A stretch of 64,000 bases of DNA from Acidimicrobiia bacterium (lineage in GTDB: Bacteria > Actinomycetota > Acidimicrobiia > IMCC26256 > PALSA-555): the NCBI GenBank assembly GCA_035468285.1, contig DATISY010000007.1, positions 19,826-83,825 of the forward strand, in the 5' to 3' direction. Numbering within the stretch: the stretch's first letter is position 1; each line of letters begins with the position of its first letter. This document shows, piece by piece, positions 30,914 to 39,368 of this stretch. The position numbers and the translations under genes are program-made. Below the pieces are notes generated by a model, which worked only from the letters and a program-made list of their open reading frames with translations, made no database searches and was not told the DNA's origin.

Positions 30914-31702
30914 TCAGGAGGTGGAGCCGTCGGCGGTTTCGGCCCCGGTTTGCGGCTCGGGAGACGGTGTGCCCGGTGGTGACGACAACCCGAGCTCGGA
31001 GCGGAGCTCGCTGAGCCGGGCCTGGGCCTCGGCGCTCATCTGTGCCTGCTCCACCTCGAGCATCTTGGTGTCCACCGACGTGCCGGTGAGCTCTGACGCC
31101 GCCTGGGCGCGTGCGACGCGACGGTCGATCTTGGTGCGGACCTCCTCGAACGTGGGGACGTCCTCGCCCACCGTCTCGGAGAGCTGCGTCATCGCGGTGT
31201 TCATCTCTTCTTGCATCTTCGCCTGGTCGAGTTGGCTCAGCAGCTGCTCGCGCTCGGCGAACTTCTTCTGCAGCGCGGCGGCGTTCTGGGCGACCGCGGC
31301 CCTTGCTCGCTCGGACGCCTGCGTGGCGTCGAGGAGCTGCTGCTTGAGCTGAGCGACCTGGGCTTCGAGGCTGATGATCTTGTTCGCGAAGGCCTCCGCG
31401 GCGGCGGTGAAGTTGGTCGCCTTGTCGCGGTTCCCGTCCCGGGACTCCTGGTCCGCGAGGAGGAGAGCCTGACGGGCGGAGGCGTTCGACTTCTCGTACT
31501 CCTCGATCGCCCGGTCCAGCCGCAGCTGGATCTGCTTCTGGTTTGCGATCACGTTCGTGGCCTGCTCGGTCAGCCGCTTGTGCTGCTGGCGTGCCTCGCG
31601 GATCGCCTGCTCCAGCTGGACCTTCGGGTCGGCGGATTCGTCGAGTCTCATGCCGAGCTTGGCGGCGAGGTATCTCCACCAGCGCTGCAGGGCCTTGAAC
31701 AT
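30914..31702 (-). CDS. pspA: PspA/IM30 family protein
   Basis: MFKALQRWWRYL...ADPKVQLEQAIREARQQHKRL, then long coiled-coil heptads throughout and a Ser/Pro-rich tail. Confidence 0.85.
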   Translation of the reverse strand: MFKALQRWWRYLAAKLGMRLDESADPKVQLEQAIREARQQHKRLTEQATNVIANQKQIQLRLDRAIEEYEKSNASARQALLLADQESRDGNRDKATNFTAAAEAFANKIISLEAQVAQLKQQLLDATQASERARAAVAQNAAALQKKFAEREQLLSQLDQAKMQEEMNTAMTQLSETVGEDVPTFEEVRTKIDRRVARAQAASELTGTSVDTKMLEVEQAQMSAEAQARLSELRSELGLSSPPGTPSPEPQTGAETADGSTS

Positions 31703-31743
31703 GGCGCGAGCCTACGTCGTGGTGATCGTGTCGGCGGATCTGG

Positions 31744-33126
31744 TCATCCCGGCGGCGTCGACGCGGGGAACGGCTCAGCCGGGGGTACGTCGGCAGCGGT
31801 CAGGGTGACGAGCTCCGCGTCGGTCGGCGAGTCGAGCTCGACGACTCGGCTGGCCTGACGGGTGACACACGCCTCGAAGAGGGTTCGGGCGAGGCGACCG
31901 TTCCCGAAGCTCGCGCCGCGCGGCTGGGCGGCGAACCACGACTTCACCGCCGGGCGGGCCTCCTCGGCGAGGGTGTAGTGATTGGCGTCGCTGAGGGACT
32001 CGAAGATCGCGACCAGCTCGTCGTCGGTGTAGTCGGGGAACTCGATCGTCTTGGTGAACCGGGAGCGCAGCCCCGGGTTCGAGTCGAGGAACGTCCTCAT
32101 CGGCCCCGGGTAGCCGGCGACGACGACGACCAGGTCGGCCCGGTCGTCCTCCATCCGCTTCAACAGCACGGAGACCGCCTCGGACCCGAAGTCGTGCTCG
32201 GAACCGCCGGTCAGCGCGTACGCCTCGTCGACGAACAGCACGCCACCGCGCGCCTCGTCGCAGAGCGCGTTGACCTTCGAGGCGGTCTGACCGACGTAGC
32301 CGGCCACCAGCCCGGACCGGTCGGTTTCGACGAGATGCCCGCGTGACACGACGTGCAGGACCGCGTCAACCCGGGCGATCAGCCGCGCCACCGTAGTCTT
32401 GCCGGTCCCGGGGTTGCCGACGAACACCAGGTGCCGGCTTTGATCGACGACGGGCAAGCCCCGGTCCCGCCGCAACCCCTCGACCCGGGCGAGGTTGGTG
32501 AGCAGACGCACCTCGGTCTTGACCGGGTCGAGACCGATCAGGGCGTCGAGCTCGGCCAGCAGTGACTCGATGGTGTCCGGTGGGCCTTCCCGTTGCCGGT
32601 CGCGGGGCGGGCTGTCCGCCCCGCTGCGGTCGACCCCTGCGCCGCGCAGCCGTCGCAGCAGCATCGAGCGGAGCGTGTCGACGGCAAGGAGCTCGTCACG
32701 GGTTGGGACGGGGTCGATCGCGCAGACGGCGTGGGCGATGCGCATCGCGCCGTCGTAGTAGCGCCAGCCGTGTGCCGTGTGGTCACGTGCGTCGGCGGCG
32801 ACGATGGTCTCGAAGAGCGGGGAGGGCGTGATGGGGAACGCGCGGTGTTGACTGATGACCGCGCTGGTGCGGAGCTGCGTCGGCGTCGCGGTGCGCAGCG
32901 ATTCGATCCATGGTGCGAGCGCCTCGGCGAAGGCCCGTAGCTCGGCGTCGCTCGGGTGGCCGTCCGCGGCGATGATCGCGGCGGCGACGGCCTGCGCCTC
33001 CAGCGCGGCGTCGAGTGCCGACGCCGCGCCGTCGGCCGGGGTCTCGGCGCGCCGACGGAGGTCGCCTAAGACGTGCCGGAGGTCGGCGACGAACGCCCGG
33101 ACTGGCTCGTCGAGGAGGCCTGCCAC
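31744..33126 (-). CDS. AAA+ ATPase of the SpoVK/CbbX type with an N-terminal TerB-like domain (the TerB assignment is tentative)
   Basis: Walker A GNPGTGKTT, Walker B VLFVDEAY, GYVGQTA and VAGYPGPM...NPGLRSRF match the CbbX/SpoVK signature. The N-terminus has AAIIAADGHPSDAELRAF and CAIDPVPTRDELLAV repeats. A GTG at 33126 is preceded by GGGAGGA. The upstream 370 aa of the track ORF are Arg/Pro-rich read-through. Confidence 0.8.
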   Translation of the reverse strand: MAGLLDEPVRAFVADLRHVLGDLRRRAETPADGAASALDAALEAQAVAAAIIAADGHPSDAELRAFAEALAPWIESLRTATPTQLRTSAVISQHRAFPITPSPLFETIVAADARDHTAHGWRYYDGAMRIAHAVCAIDPVPTRDELLAVDTLRSMLLRRLRGAGVDRSGADSPPRDRQREGPPDTIESLLAELDALIGLDPVKTEVRLLTNLARVEGLRRDRGLPVVDQSRHLVFVGNPGTGKTTVARLIARVDAVLHVVSRGHLVETDRSGLVAGYVGQTASKVNALCDEARGGVLFVDEAYALTGGSEHDFGSEAVSVLLKRMEDDRADLVVVVAGYPGPMRTFLDSNPGLRSRFTKTIEFPDYTDDELVAIFESLSDANHYTLAEEARPAVKSWFAAQPRGASFGNGRLARTLFEACVTRQASRVVELDSPTDAELVTLTAADVPPAEPFPASTPPG

Positions 33127-34064
33127 GCGCCCATCCTCCCATCCGTGAACCGGGGACCGTCGAGCCACGTCTCGATCTCGTCGATGATCAGGCCGGGGTC
33201 CTCGAGCTGGGGGGCGTGCCCTCGTCCGTCCAGCACCCGCAGGTCGATCGGGTGCAGCCGGGCCGCGTGTCGGGCGGCTTCCACGGCCACGAGGCGGTCC
33301 TCTGACCCGTGGATCAGCAGCGTCGGTCGCAGGCGGGCGGCGCGGCCCAGATCTCGGTGCAGTCCCCACGCCAGGTAGCGGACGAGCGAGCGTGCTGCGC
33401 CCGCGTAGGCGCCGGGCGCTTCGGGCCATCGGAGCCGTTCCGCGGTCAGCTGCACCATGCGGCGCCGGAGGTCGGGGTCGAGCTGGTGGGCCTGGGTGAG
33501 GCTCGCTTGCAGCGACGCGTCGACGAGTCGTTCCGCTCCGAGGGTTCGGGACCGCCACGCGACGACGCCGGTGCCGACCGCGGGGACCGCGAGGGGAGCG
33601 AGCCACGCGAACCGCAGCCAGTCCGCCAGGCCCGGTCGCGGGTGCGGCACCGCTGGGTTCAGCATCACCAGACCCGTCACGACCTCGGGGTGCGCGGCGG
33701 CGACACCGATGCCGATGGTCGCGCCCATCGAGTTCCCGACGAGCAGCGCGGGTCCGTACTCTTCGCGAAGCAACGCGCCCAGCACCTGGCGCTGGGTCTC
33801 GAGGCTGGAGGACCGCTCGGGCGCCCGGGTCCGGCCGAACCCGACGAAGTCGAGGGCGATGACCGTGGCACGGAGCCGCTTCGCGAGGGGCCCCGCCATC
33901 GGCTCCCATGACAGCGTGTGTGCGCCGAGCCCGTGGAGCAGCAGCACCCGTCGTCCCGGCGCTGCGTCGGGCGGTGACCACGCTTCGGTGTGCACCCGAA
34001 CGCCGTCGGCGACGACGATCCGGGTCGTCCCGGGCGCCGTGTCCCGAGCGGAGGCGTGCAACAT
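33066..34064 (-). CDS. Alpha/beta hydrolase
   Basis: LLLHGLGAH, nucleophile elbow GNSMGA and a C-terminal ...GHAPQLEDP His region. The 3' end overlaps the AAA+ gene start by 61 nt. Confidence 0.75.
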   Translation of the reverse strand: MLHASARDTAPGTTRIVVADGVRVHTEAWSPPDAAPGRRVLLLHGLGAHTLSWEPMAGPLAKRLRATVIALDFVGFGRTRAPERSSSLETQRQVLGALLREEYGPALLVGNSMGATIGIGVAAAHPEVVTGLVMLNPAVPHPRPGLADWLRFAWLAPLAVPAVGTGVVAWRSRTLGAERLVDASLQASLTQAHQLDPDLRRRMVQLTAERLRWPEAPGAYAGAARSLVRYLAWGLHRDLGRAARLRPTLLIHGSEDRLVAVEAARHAARLHPIDLRVLDGRGHAPQLEDPGLIIDEIETWLDGPRFTDGRMGAWQASSTSQSGRSSPTSGTS

Positions 34065-34069
34065 GAGGA

Positions 34070-34861
34070 GTGAGGTTACGCGTACGCTCCCCGACGGTGA
34101 CCGATCGGGGTCTCACGGACGGGTCCGAGCGGTGGACGCTCGAGTTCGCCCGGCCCGACGGGACCGGCGGCTTCGCCCGCCTGAGCGGGAACGGCGAGCG
34201 CTCGTCGTACTGGGCCGCGCTGGTGTCCCCGAGCTGGGGCACGGTGGTGGTGCACTACCACGGGCTCGCCGCCCCGCGCCATCCCCGGCTGCTCGCGGTC
34301 CGTGGCGACGGCCTCTGGGCTGAGCTCGTCGAGGAGACGGCGGCGGAACACTGGTCCGCGGGCCTCGAGGCGTTCGGGCTCCGTCTCGATGACCCACTCG
34401 ACGCGGAGGGCGACGGCCGAGGGGAGCGGCTCCCGGTCGGGTTCGACCTGGAGTGGGAGGTCGGTCGCGGGACCGGCGGGGTGGTCCACGGCGACCTCCT
34501 CGTGGCCCGAGACCGGGTCGAGTTCGAGGGCGTGGGTCGCTTCGCGCGCGAGGTGATCGTGCCCGATCCGGGGAGCGAGTCGCGCCGGGTCTCGTGGCGG
34601 CGCGGCCCCGACGATGGGGACAGCGCCTCCGGTGAAGCGGTGGGTGTCGTCGACGACGCCCGGGGCCTCCCGGTCGCGGTCCACGTCGGCGGGCGGGCCT
34701 TCTCGGTTTCGGCGGTCGTCGTCCAGCCCCCCGTCGGGCCGCCGGCCGCCGGCCGCCTCGTGCGAGCGCTCGTCGTGGGCGAGGCCGGCTGCGGATGGCT
34801 CGAGCGCGACCAACCGGGGGCGGTTCGTCGAGGTGCCAGCCGAGAGGACAGGATGCGGTGA
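34070..34861 (+). CDS. Hypothetical protein
   Basis: Strong GC3 bias in this frame. The TGATG junction with the MOSC gene suggests coupling. No family recognised. An alternative start is GTG 34097. Confidence 0.5.
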   Translation: MRLRVRSPTVTDRGLTDGSERWTLEFARPDGTGGFARLSGNGERSSYWAALVSPSWGTVVVHYHGLAAPRHPRLLAVRGDGLWAELVEETAAEHWSAGLEAFGLRLDDPLDAEGDGRGERLPVGFDLEWEVGRGTGGVVHGDLLVARDRVEFEGVGRFAREVIVPDPGSESRRVSWRRGPDDGDSASGEAVGVVDDARGLPVAVHVGGRAFSVSAVVVQPPVGPPAAGRLVRALVVGEAGCGWLERDQPGAVRRGASREDRMR

Positions 34862-35334
34862 TGTTCCAGGGCTCGGTGGTGGGAATCTTCGTCGCCCCGG
34901 CGGCGAGCGCGCCCATGGAAGCGCGCGACGAGATCGAGGCGATCGTCGGCGTCGGGCTCGAGGGGGACCGGTACGCCTCGGCGACCGGCACGTACTCGGG
35001 TCATCGCGTCCCCGACTACCAGCGGGCCGTGACCCTCATCGAACGAGAGACGATCGTCGCGGTGCGCGCCGAGACGGGACTCGCGTTCGACGACATCGAG
35101 ACGCGCCGCAACCTCGTGACCGTCGGGGTGCCGCTCAACCATCTCGTCGACCGGGAGTTCGACGTCGGACCGGTCCGTCTGCGCGGCGTGAACCTCTCCG
35201 AGCCATGCGTGTACCTCGAGCGGGAGGTTCGTGACGGGCTCCGCGCCGCGCTCATCCACCGAGGGGGCCTGCGCGCCGAGATCCTCGTCGGGGGACCGAT
35301 CCGTCTCGGTGACCTCGTTCGGCCCAGCCCGTAA
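34861..35334 (+). CDS. MOSC domain-containing protein
   Basis: GLEGDRY, RAVTLIERE, RRNLVT and SEPCVYLE (conserved Cys) fit the MOSC beta-barrel pattern. Confidence 0.8.
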   Translation: MFQGSVVGIFVAPAASAPMEARDEIEAIVGVGLEGDRYASATGTYSGHRVPDYQRAVTLIERETIVAVRAETGLAFDDIETRRNLVTVGVPLNHLVDREFDVGPVRLRGVNLSEPCVYLEREVRDGLRAALIHRGGLRAEILVGGPIRLGDLVRPSP

Positions 35335-35390
35335 GGAGCCCTCCTCGGGCCCCGGCTCGGAGCCGCTCCGCGGTCGCGTAGCGTGCCCGT

Positions 35391-36488
35391 ATGCCTGAGC
35401 GGAACTTCGAGACCACCGCCGCCGTCCACGACCTGCTCGACGTGGTCGGTTCCCTGGACGCCAGCTTCCTTCGCGGGGACCGTGCCGTCGCCGACGACCA
35501 GCAGGTCCTCGAGGGTTACAAGTGGATGTTCTCGATCCTGCAGGTGGCCATGGACTGCTACGTGTGGGCCGACCCCAGCAACCCGCGCTTCGTGGAGATC
35601 GTCGGTCCGTACAAGAAGTGGGGTGGTGACAACGCCGACGCGTACTACCAGTACGCGCCGGTCGATCCGAGCTGCACGTACCGGGTGCGCGGCAAGCGGG
35701 GCGACGCGGCGTACCTGTCATTGACGGTGTACGGCGGCCCGCGCGACGGGCGGTACTCGGAGCGGATCGTCCGAACCGTCAATGACCGCGATGACCTGGA
35801 CATCGCGCCGGACGGGTCGTTCGAGCTCATGATGGGAGCGCAGCGTCCGGCAGGGTGGGAGGGCACGTTCCTGGAGCTCGAGTCCGACTCTGTGGTTGCG
35901 ATCACCCGCGACTACCTCGACGACCCGGTGCACGGCATCCGCTGCAGCTGGCACATCGAGGCGCTCGGCCACCCGACACGGTGGCGCGAGGACGACGGCG
36001 ACCTAGCCGCCCGGTTCCGGGCGGCGACGACGTGGGTTCGCGACCAGGCGAACATGGTGCCCCTCGGGCTCGGGAGCGCCAACCACGTCGACGAGCCCTA
36101 CCCCGTGCGAAAGGTCACGTTCGGGTGGGCAGCGGGCGACGCGGCGTATGCCATGGGCAGCTACGACCTCGAGCCGGGAACGGCGCTCGTCATCCGGGGT
36201 CGGTCACCCGAGTGCGCGTTCTGGAATCTGTGCCTCTGGAACCAGTTCATGCACACGTTCAACTACGACTACGAGCAGTGCACGATCAACGGGTCCCAAG
36301 TGGTGTACGAGCCGGACGGTTCGTGGACCATCGTCGTCGCGCACGACGACCCGAAGCACCCCAACTGGCTGTCGACGTGCGGGCATCCCCGCGCGAGGCT
36401 CTGGTTCCGGTGGTTCTATCCCGCCGAGACACCCGACGCGCCGACGACCGAGGTCGTCGCGATCGGTGACGTCCCTGCCGCCCCTTAA
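35391..36488 (+). CDS. DUF1214-like protein
   Basis: EGYKWMF...WADPSNPRFVEI...KKWGGDNADAYY...YRVRGKRG resembles DUF1214/DUF1254 family proteins as I remember them. Not verified. Confidence 0.55.
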   Translation: MPERNFETTAAVHDLLDVVGSLDASFLRGDRAVADDQQVLEGYKWMFSILQVAMDCYVWADPSNPRFVEIVGPYKKWGGDNADAYYQYAPVDPSCTYRVRGKRGDAAYLSLTVYGGPRDGRYSERIVRTVNDRDDLDIAPDGSFELMMGAQRPAGWEGTFLELESDSVVAITRDYLDDPVHGIRCSWHIEALGHPTRWREDDGDLAARFRAATTWVRDQANMVPLGLGSANHVDEPYPVRKVTFGWAAGDAAYAMGSYDLEPGTALVIRGRSPECAFWNLCLWNQFMHTFNYDYEQCTINGSQVVYEPDGSWTIVVAHDDPKHPNWLSTCGHPRARLWFRWFYPAETPDAPTTEVVAIGDVPAAP

Positions 36489-37819
36489 CGCTCCTCTTCC
36501 ACACCGAAATGGGTGACGTACTCGCGCATCGCGGCGCGCAACGCCGCCGGGTCGATACCGAAGTCACCCGCGAGGTCATAGCGGACGCCCCCGTGCCGGC
36601 CCCGCGGGTGCTCGGCGACGAAACGGGTCATCGCGGCTTCGACGTCCGCGCCGAACGGCTGATCGGCCACCGCGTAGATGCGTCGCACCGTGGCGAGGTC
36701 ATCGGCCATGAACTCGTGGAAGCGCACGTCGAGGGAGCGCTCGGCCGGGAGCAGCGCCCGGTCCCGCATCCCCGCCTCGAGCATCTGCTGAATCCGGTCC
36801 GACCAGTAGCGGCCGATGCGCTTCGGGTCTGGGACGCCGGCGTTGAGCCGGGCGGTGTAGGCGAGCATGGTGCAGTTCGACGCGATGACCGACACCGGAT
36901 CTCGGTGGGAGACGACGAACGTCGCGTCGGGGAACACCTCGACCAGCGAACCGAACTGCTCGAGATGCTGTGGTGACTTCAGCACCCACCGGGTCCCACC
37001 CCGTTCCCACTGGAGCACTTGCAGGACACGTTTGAGATAGCGGTACGAGGGCACCTGGTCGTGAGCGAGGTAGTAGTCGCGCCACGTCGGCATGACGGCC
37101 ATCGTCTCGAAGAGCATCGTCGAGAAGTCGATGGCGAGGAGCTGGATTTCCTCGTGCACGTGGTCGACGGTCATCTCGTGCATGCGCTTGAAGTACGGGA
37201 GCGCCTCGTTCAGGAAGACGAGCCCCTCCTCGGTTCGGGCGCGCCGTGGGTCGGGAGCTCCGGCCGCGACCTCGTCGCGTTCGGCGGCAGGGAGCACCGG
37301 CTCGAGGCTCTCCCAGTAGGGGAGGGAGCGCAGCGCCGGATCAGCGGCCAGGAGGTTGTGCAGATGAGTGGTGCCGGTGCGGGGCTGGCCCGCGATCACG
37401 ATGGGGGCGCTGACCGCCAGCTCCAGGATCTCGGGGTGCTGGGCGACCCGGTCCTCGACGAGCAAGCGGTTCTTCAGCAGCTTCACCAACTGGCCGTGGG
37501 CACTCACGACCCCCATCGGGCCGAGCCCAGCCTCGTCGCGCAGCGCTCCGGTCAGCACCGTGAGCCGCTCCCGGAAGGCGTCGTCACCGAAGTCGGACAG
37601 GCCGGTCTCAGCGGCGGCCTGCTCGCACAGCGGCTCGGGTTCGAGGACCAGCTCGGCGGCGAACGGCTCGACCGCGCGCATCATGGCGGCGATCGACGCG
37701 GGGAACTGCGGATCGTCGAGGTCGTCGATGCGCACGGCGGGAGGGCGAGCGGTCGTCACGGCGCAGAGCGTCTCAGCCCGGTGGCCGTGGCGTCCAGACG
37801 CGCGCCGCGACAGCAGCAC
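36485..37819 (-). CDS. Sulfotransferase family protein
   Basis: PAPS 5'-phosphosulfate-binding loop GQPRTGTTHLHNLL and a later SHRDP motif. The start is uncertain. Confidence 0.75.
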   Translation of the reverse strand: MLLSRRASGRHGHRAETLCAVTTARPPAVRIDDLDDPQFPASIAAMMRAVEPFAAELVLEPEPLCEQAAAETGLSDFGDDAFRERLTVLTGALRDEAGLGPMGVVSAHGQLVKLLKNRLLVEDRVAQHPEILELAVSAPIVIAGQPRTGTTHLHNLLAADPALRSLPYWESLEPVLPAAERDEVAAGAPDPRRARTEEGLVFLNEALPYFKRMHEMTVDHVHEEIQLLAIDFSTMLFETMAVMPTWRDYYLAHDQVPSYRYLKRVLQVLQWERGGTRWVLKSPQHLEQFGSLVEVFPDATFVVSHRDPVSVIASNCTMLAYTARLNAGVPDPKRIGRYWSDRIQQMLEAGMRDRALLPAERSLDVRFHEFMADDLATVRRIYAVADQPFGADVEAAMTRFVAEHPRGRHGGVRYDLAGDFGIDPAALRAAMREYVTHFGVEEER

Positions 37820-37897
37820 CGAGGGGGCGGTCGGCGCTGCCGCTCGCGTCGCGGCGCCGTCCCGGGACCCGCGGCTGGCCTCGGAGTGACACCACCC

Positions 37898-39340
37898 CTA
37901 CAAGTCGATGGCCGAGAGCTCGGGGATCCAGTCCCGCGCCCGGGCGACGCACGCCCGCCAGCGTTCGCGGTCGGGTCGACCCGCCGGGAGGACCCGCTCC
38001 GACGGTGCCCACGTGGCGGCAACGGCGTCGTCGTCGGGCCAGATTCCGACGGCGAGCCCGGCCGCGAACGCCGCGCCGAGTGCGGTGGCTTCCCGCACGG
38101 GGGCGATCTCGACTGGGAGCTGCGCCGCGTCGGCGAGCGCCTGCACGAAGGTGGGGTTCGCGCTCATCCCCCCGTCGATACGCAACGCGGGGATGGTGGT
38201 GGCCGCGTCGCGTTGGGTGGCGTCGACGAGGTCAGCAGCCGTGTGCGCGATACCTTCGAGCACCGCGCGCACGACGTGCGCGGCTGTCGTCCCCCGCGTC
38301 AGCCCGAGGAGCGTTCCGCGGGCCCCGTAGTCCCAGAAGGGAGTGGCGATCCCGAGCAGTGCGGGAACGAACCACACGTCGCCACTGTCGGGGCAGCGGG
38401 ACGCGACGTCGTGGGACGCCGCCGCATCCGGGATGAGCCCGAGGTCGTCGCGCAGCCACTCCACGTTCGCTCCCGCCGCGAGCATGATGGCCTCGAGACC
38501 CCACGTGTCGGCCCCGTCGACGCGGCGGGTCACGATCGGGAAGGTGCCCGCCGGTCCCCGGTCGAAACGAGGCCGGTCGGGTCCGACGACGATGTCGAGC
38601 ATCGCTCCGGTCCCGAACGTGATCTTGGCGTCACCGGGCCGGACGCAGCCTTGCCCGAGCAGCGAGGCTTGCTGGTCGCCGAGCAGCCCACCGATGGGCG
38701 GGGCCCCGGGTAGGGCTCGGGCCTCGCCGACCATCCCGGCGGAATCGACGACGGTCGGCAGCACGGCCGGTGGGATCTGCAGCGCCGCCAGCGTGGGCTC
38801 CGACCAGTCGTCGTCGTCCCGGGTCCGCAGGCCGGTGAGAGCGGCGTTCGACGCGTCGGTGACGTGCAGCGCCCCTGACGAGAGCGTCCAGGCGACCCAG
38901 GCGTCGACGGTCCCGAAGCACAGGTCGCGGCCGCGCTCGGTCTGGCTGAGGAGCCACTCGAGCTTCGTGGCCGAGTGGTTCGGGGCGACGCGGATGCCCT
39001 CGGCCTGGAGCTCGAGGCACCGACCCACGGTGCGCAGGTCCTGCCAGCCGATCCCCGGTCCGACTGGCACGCCGCTCGCGCGGTCCCACAGCACGGCCGA
39101 GCCGCGCTGGTTTGCCACGCCGACCGCCGCGACGGGGCCGTGTCGCTCCAGCGCCGCCCGGGCGACGGTGAGCACGACCTCGGCCATCACCGCGGGGTCG
39201 AACTCGACCAGCCCGGGGGTCGGCGACGACGGCAGGAGCGGCTCGCGGTGCTCGCCGACGAGTCGCGCCCGGGTGTCGACCACCGCCGCCCGCACCGAGG
39301 AGGTGCCGACATCGACGACCAGCACCCGCTCCGAGGTCAT
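37898..39340 (-). CDS. FGGY-family carbohydrate kinase (glycerol kinase-like)
   Basis: VLVVDVGTSSVRAAV, IGWQDLRT, FGTGAM and IDGGMSAN motifs. Start at MTSERVLVV. Confidence 0.75.
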   Translation of the reverse strand: MTSERVLVVDVGTSSVRAAVVDTRARLVGEHREPLLPSSPTPGLVEFDPAVMAEVVLTVARAALERHGPVAAVGVANQRGSAVLWDRASGVPVGPGIGWQDLRTVGRCLELQAEGIRVAPNHSATKLEWLLSQTERGRDLCFGTVDAWVAWTLSSGALHVTDASNAALTGLRTRDDDDWSEPTLAALQIPPAVLPTVVDSAGMVGEARALPGAPPIGGLLGDQQASLLGQGCVRPGDAKITFGTGAMLDIVVGPDRPRFDRGPAGTFPIVTRRVDGADTWGLEAIMLAAGANVEWLRDDLGLIPDAAASHDVASRCPDSGDVWFVPALLGIATPFWDYGARGTLLGLTRGTTAAHVVRAVLEGIAHTAADLVDATQRDAATTIPALRIDGGMSANPTFVQALADAAQLPVEIAPVREATALGAAFAAGLAVGIWPDDDAVAATWAPSERVLPAGRPDRERWRACVARARDWIPELSAIDL

Positions 39341-39368
39341 CCGAGCGTGCCGGGGCGCTGGGGCGAGG

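Noticed and set aside
33127-34242. The N-terminal 370 aa of the 832-aa track ORF 31744..34242, which would make a giant AAA+ protein.
   Set aside because: This part is Arg/Pro-rich junk overlapping a well-supported alpha/beta hydrolase in another frame. A GTG with a GGGAGGA ribosome-binding site at 33126 gives a sensible 460-aa ATPase.
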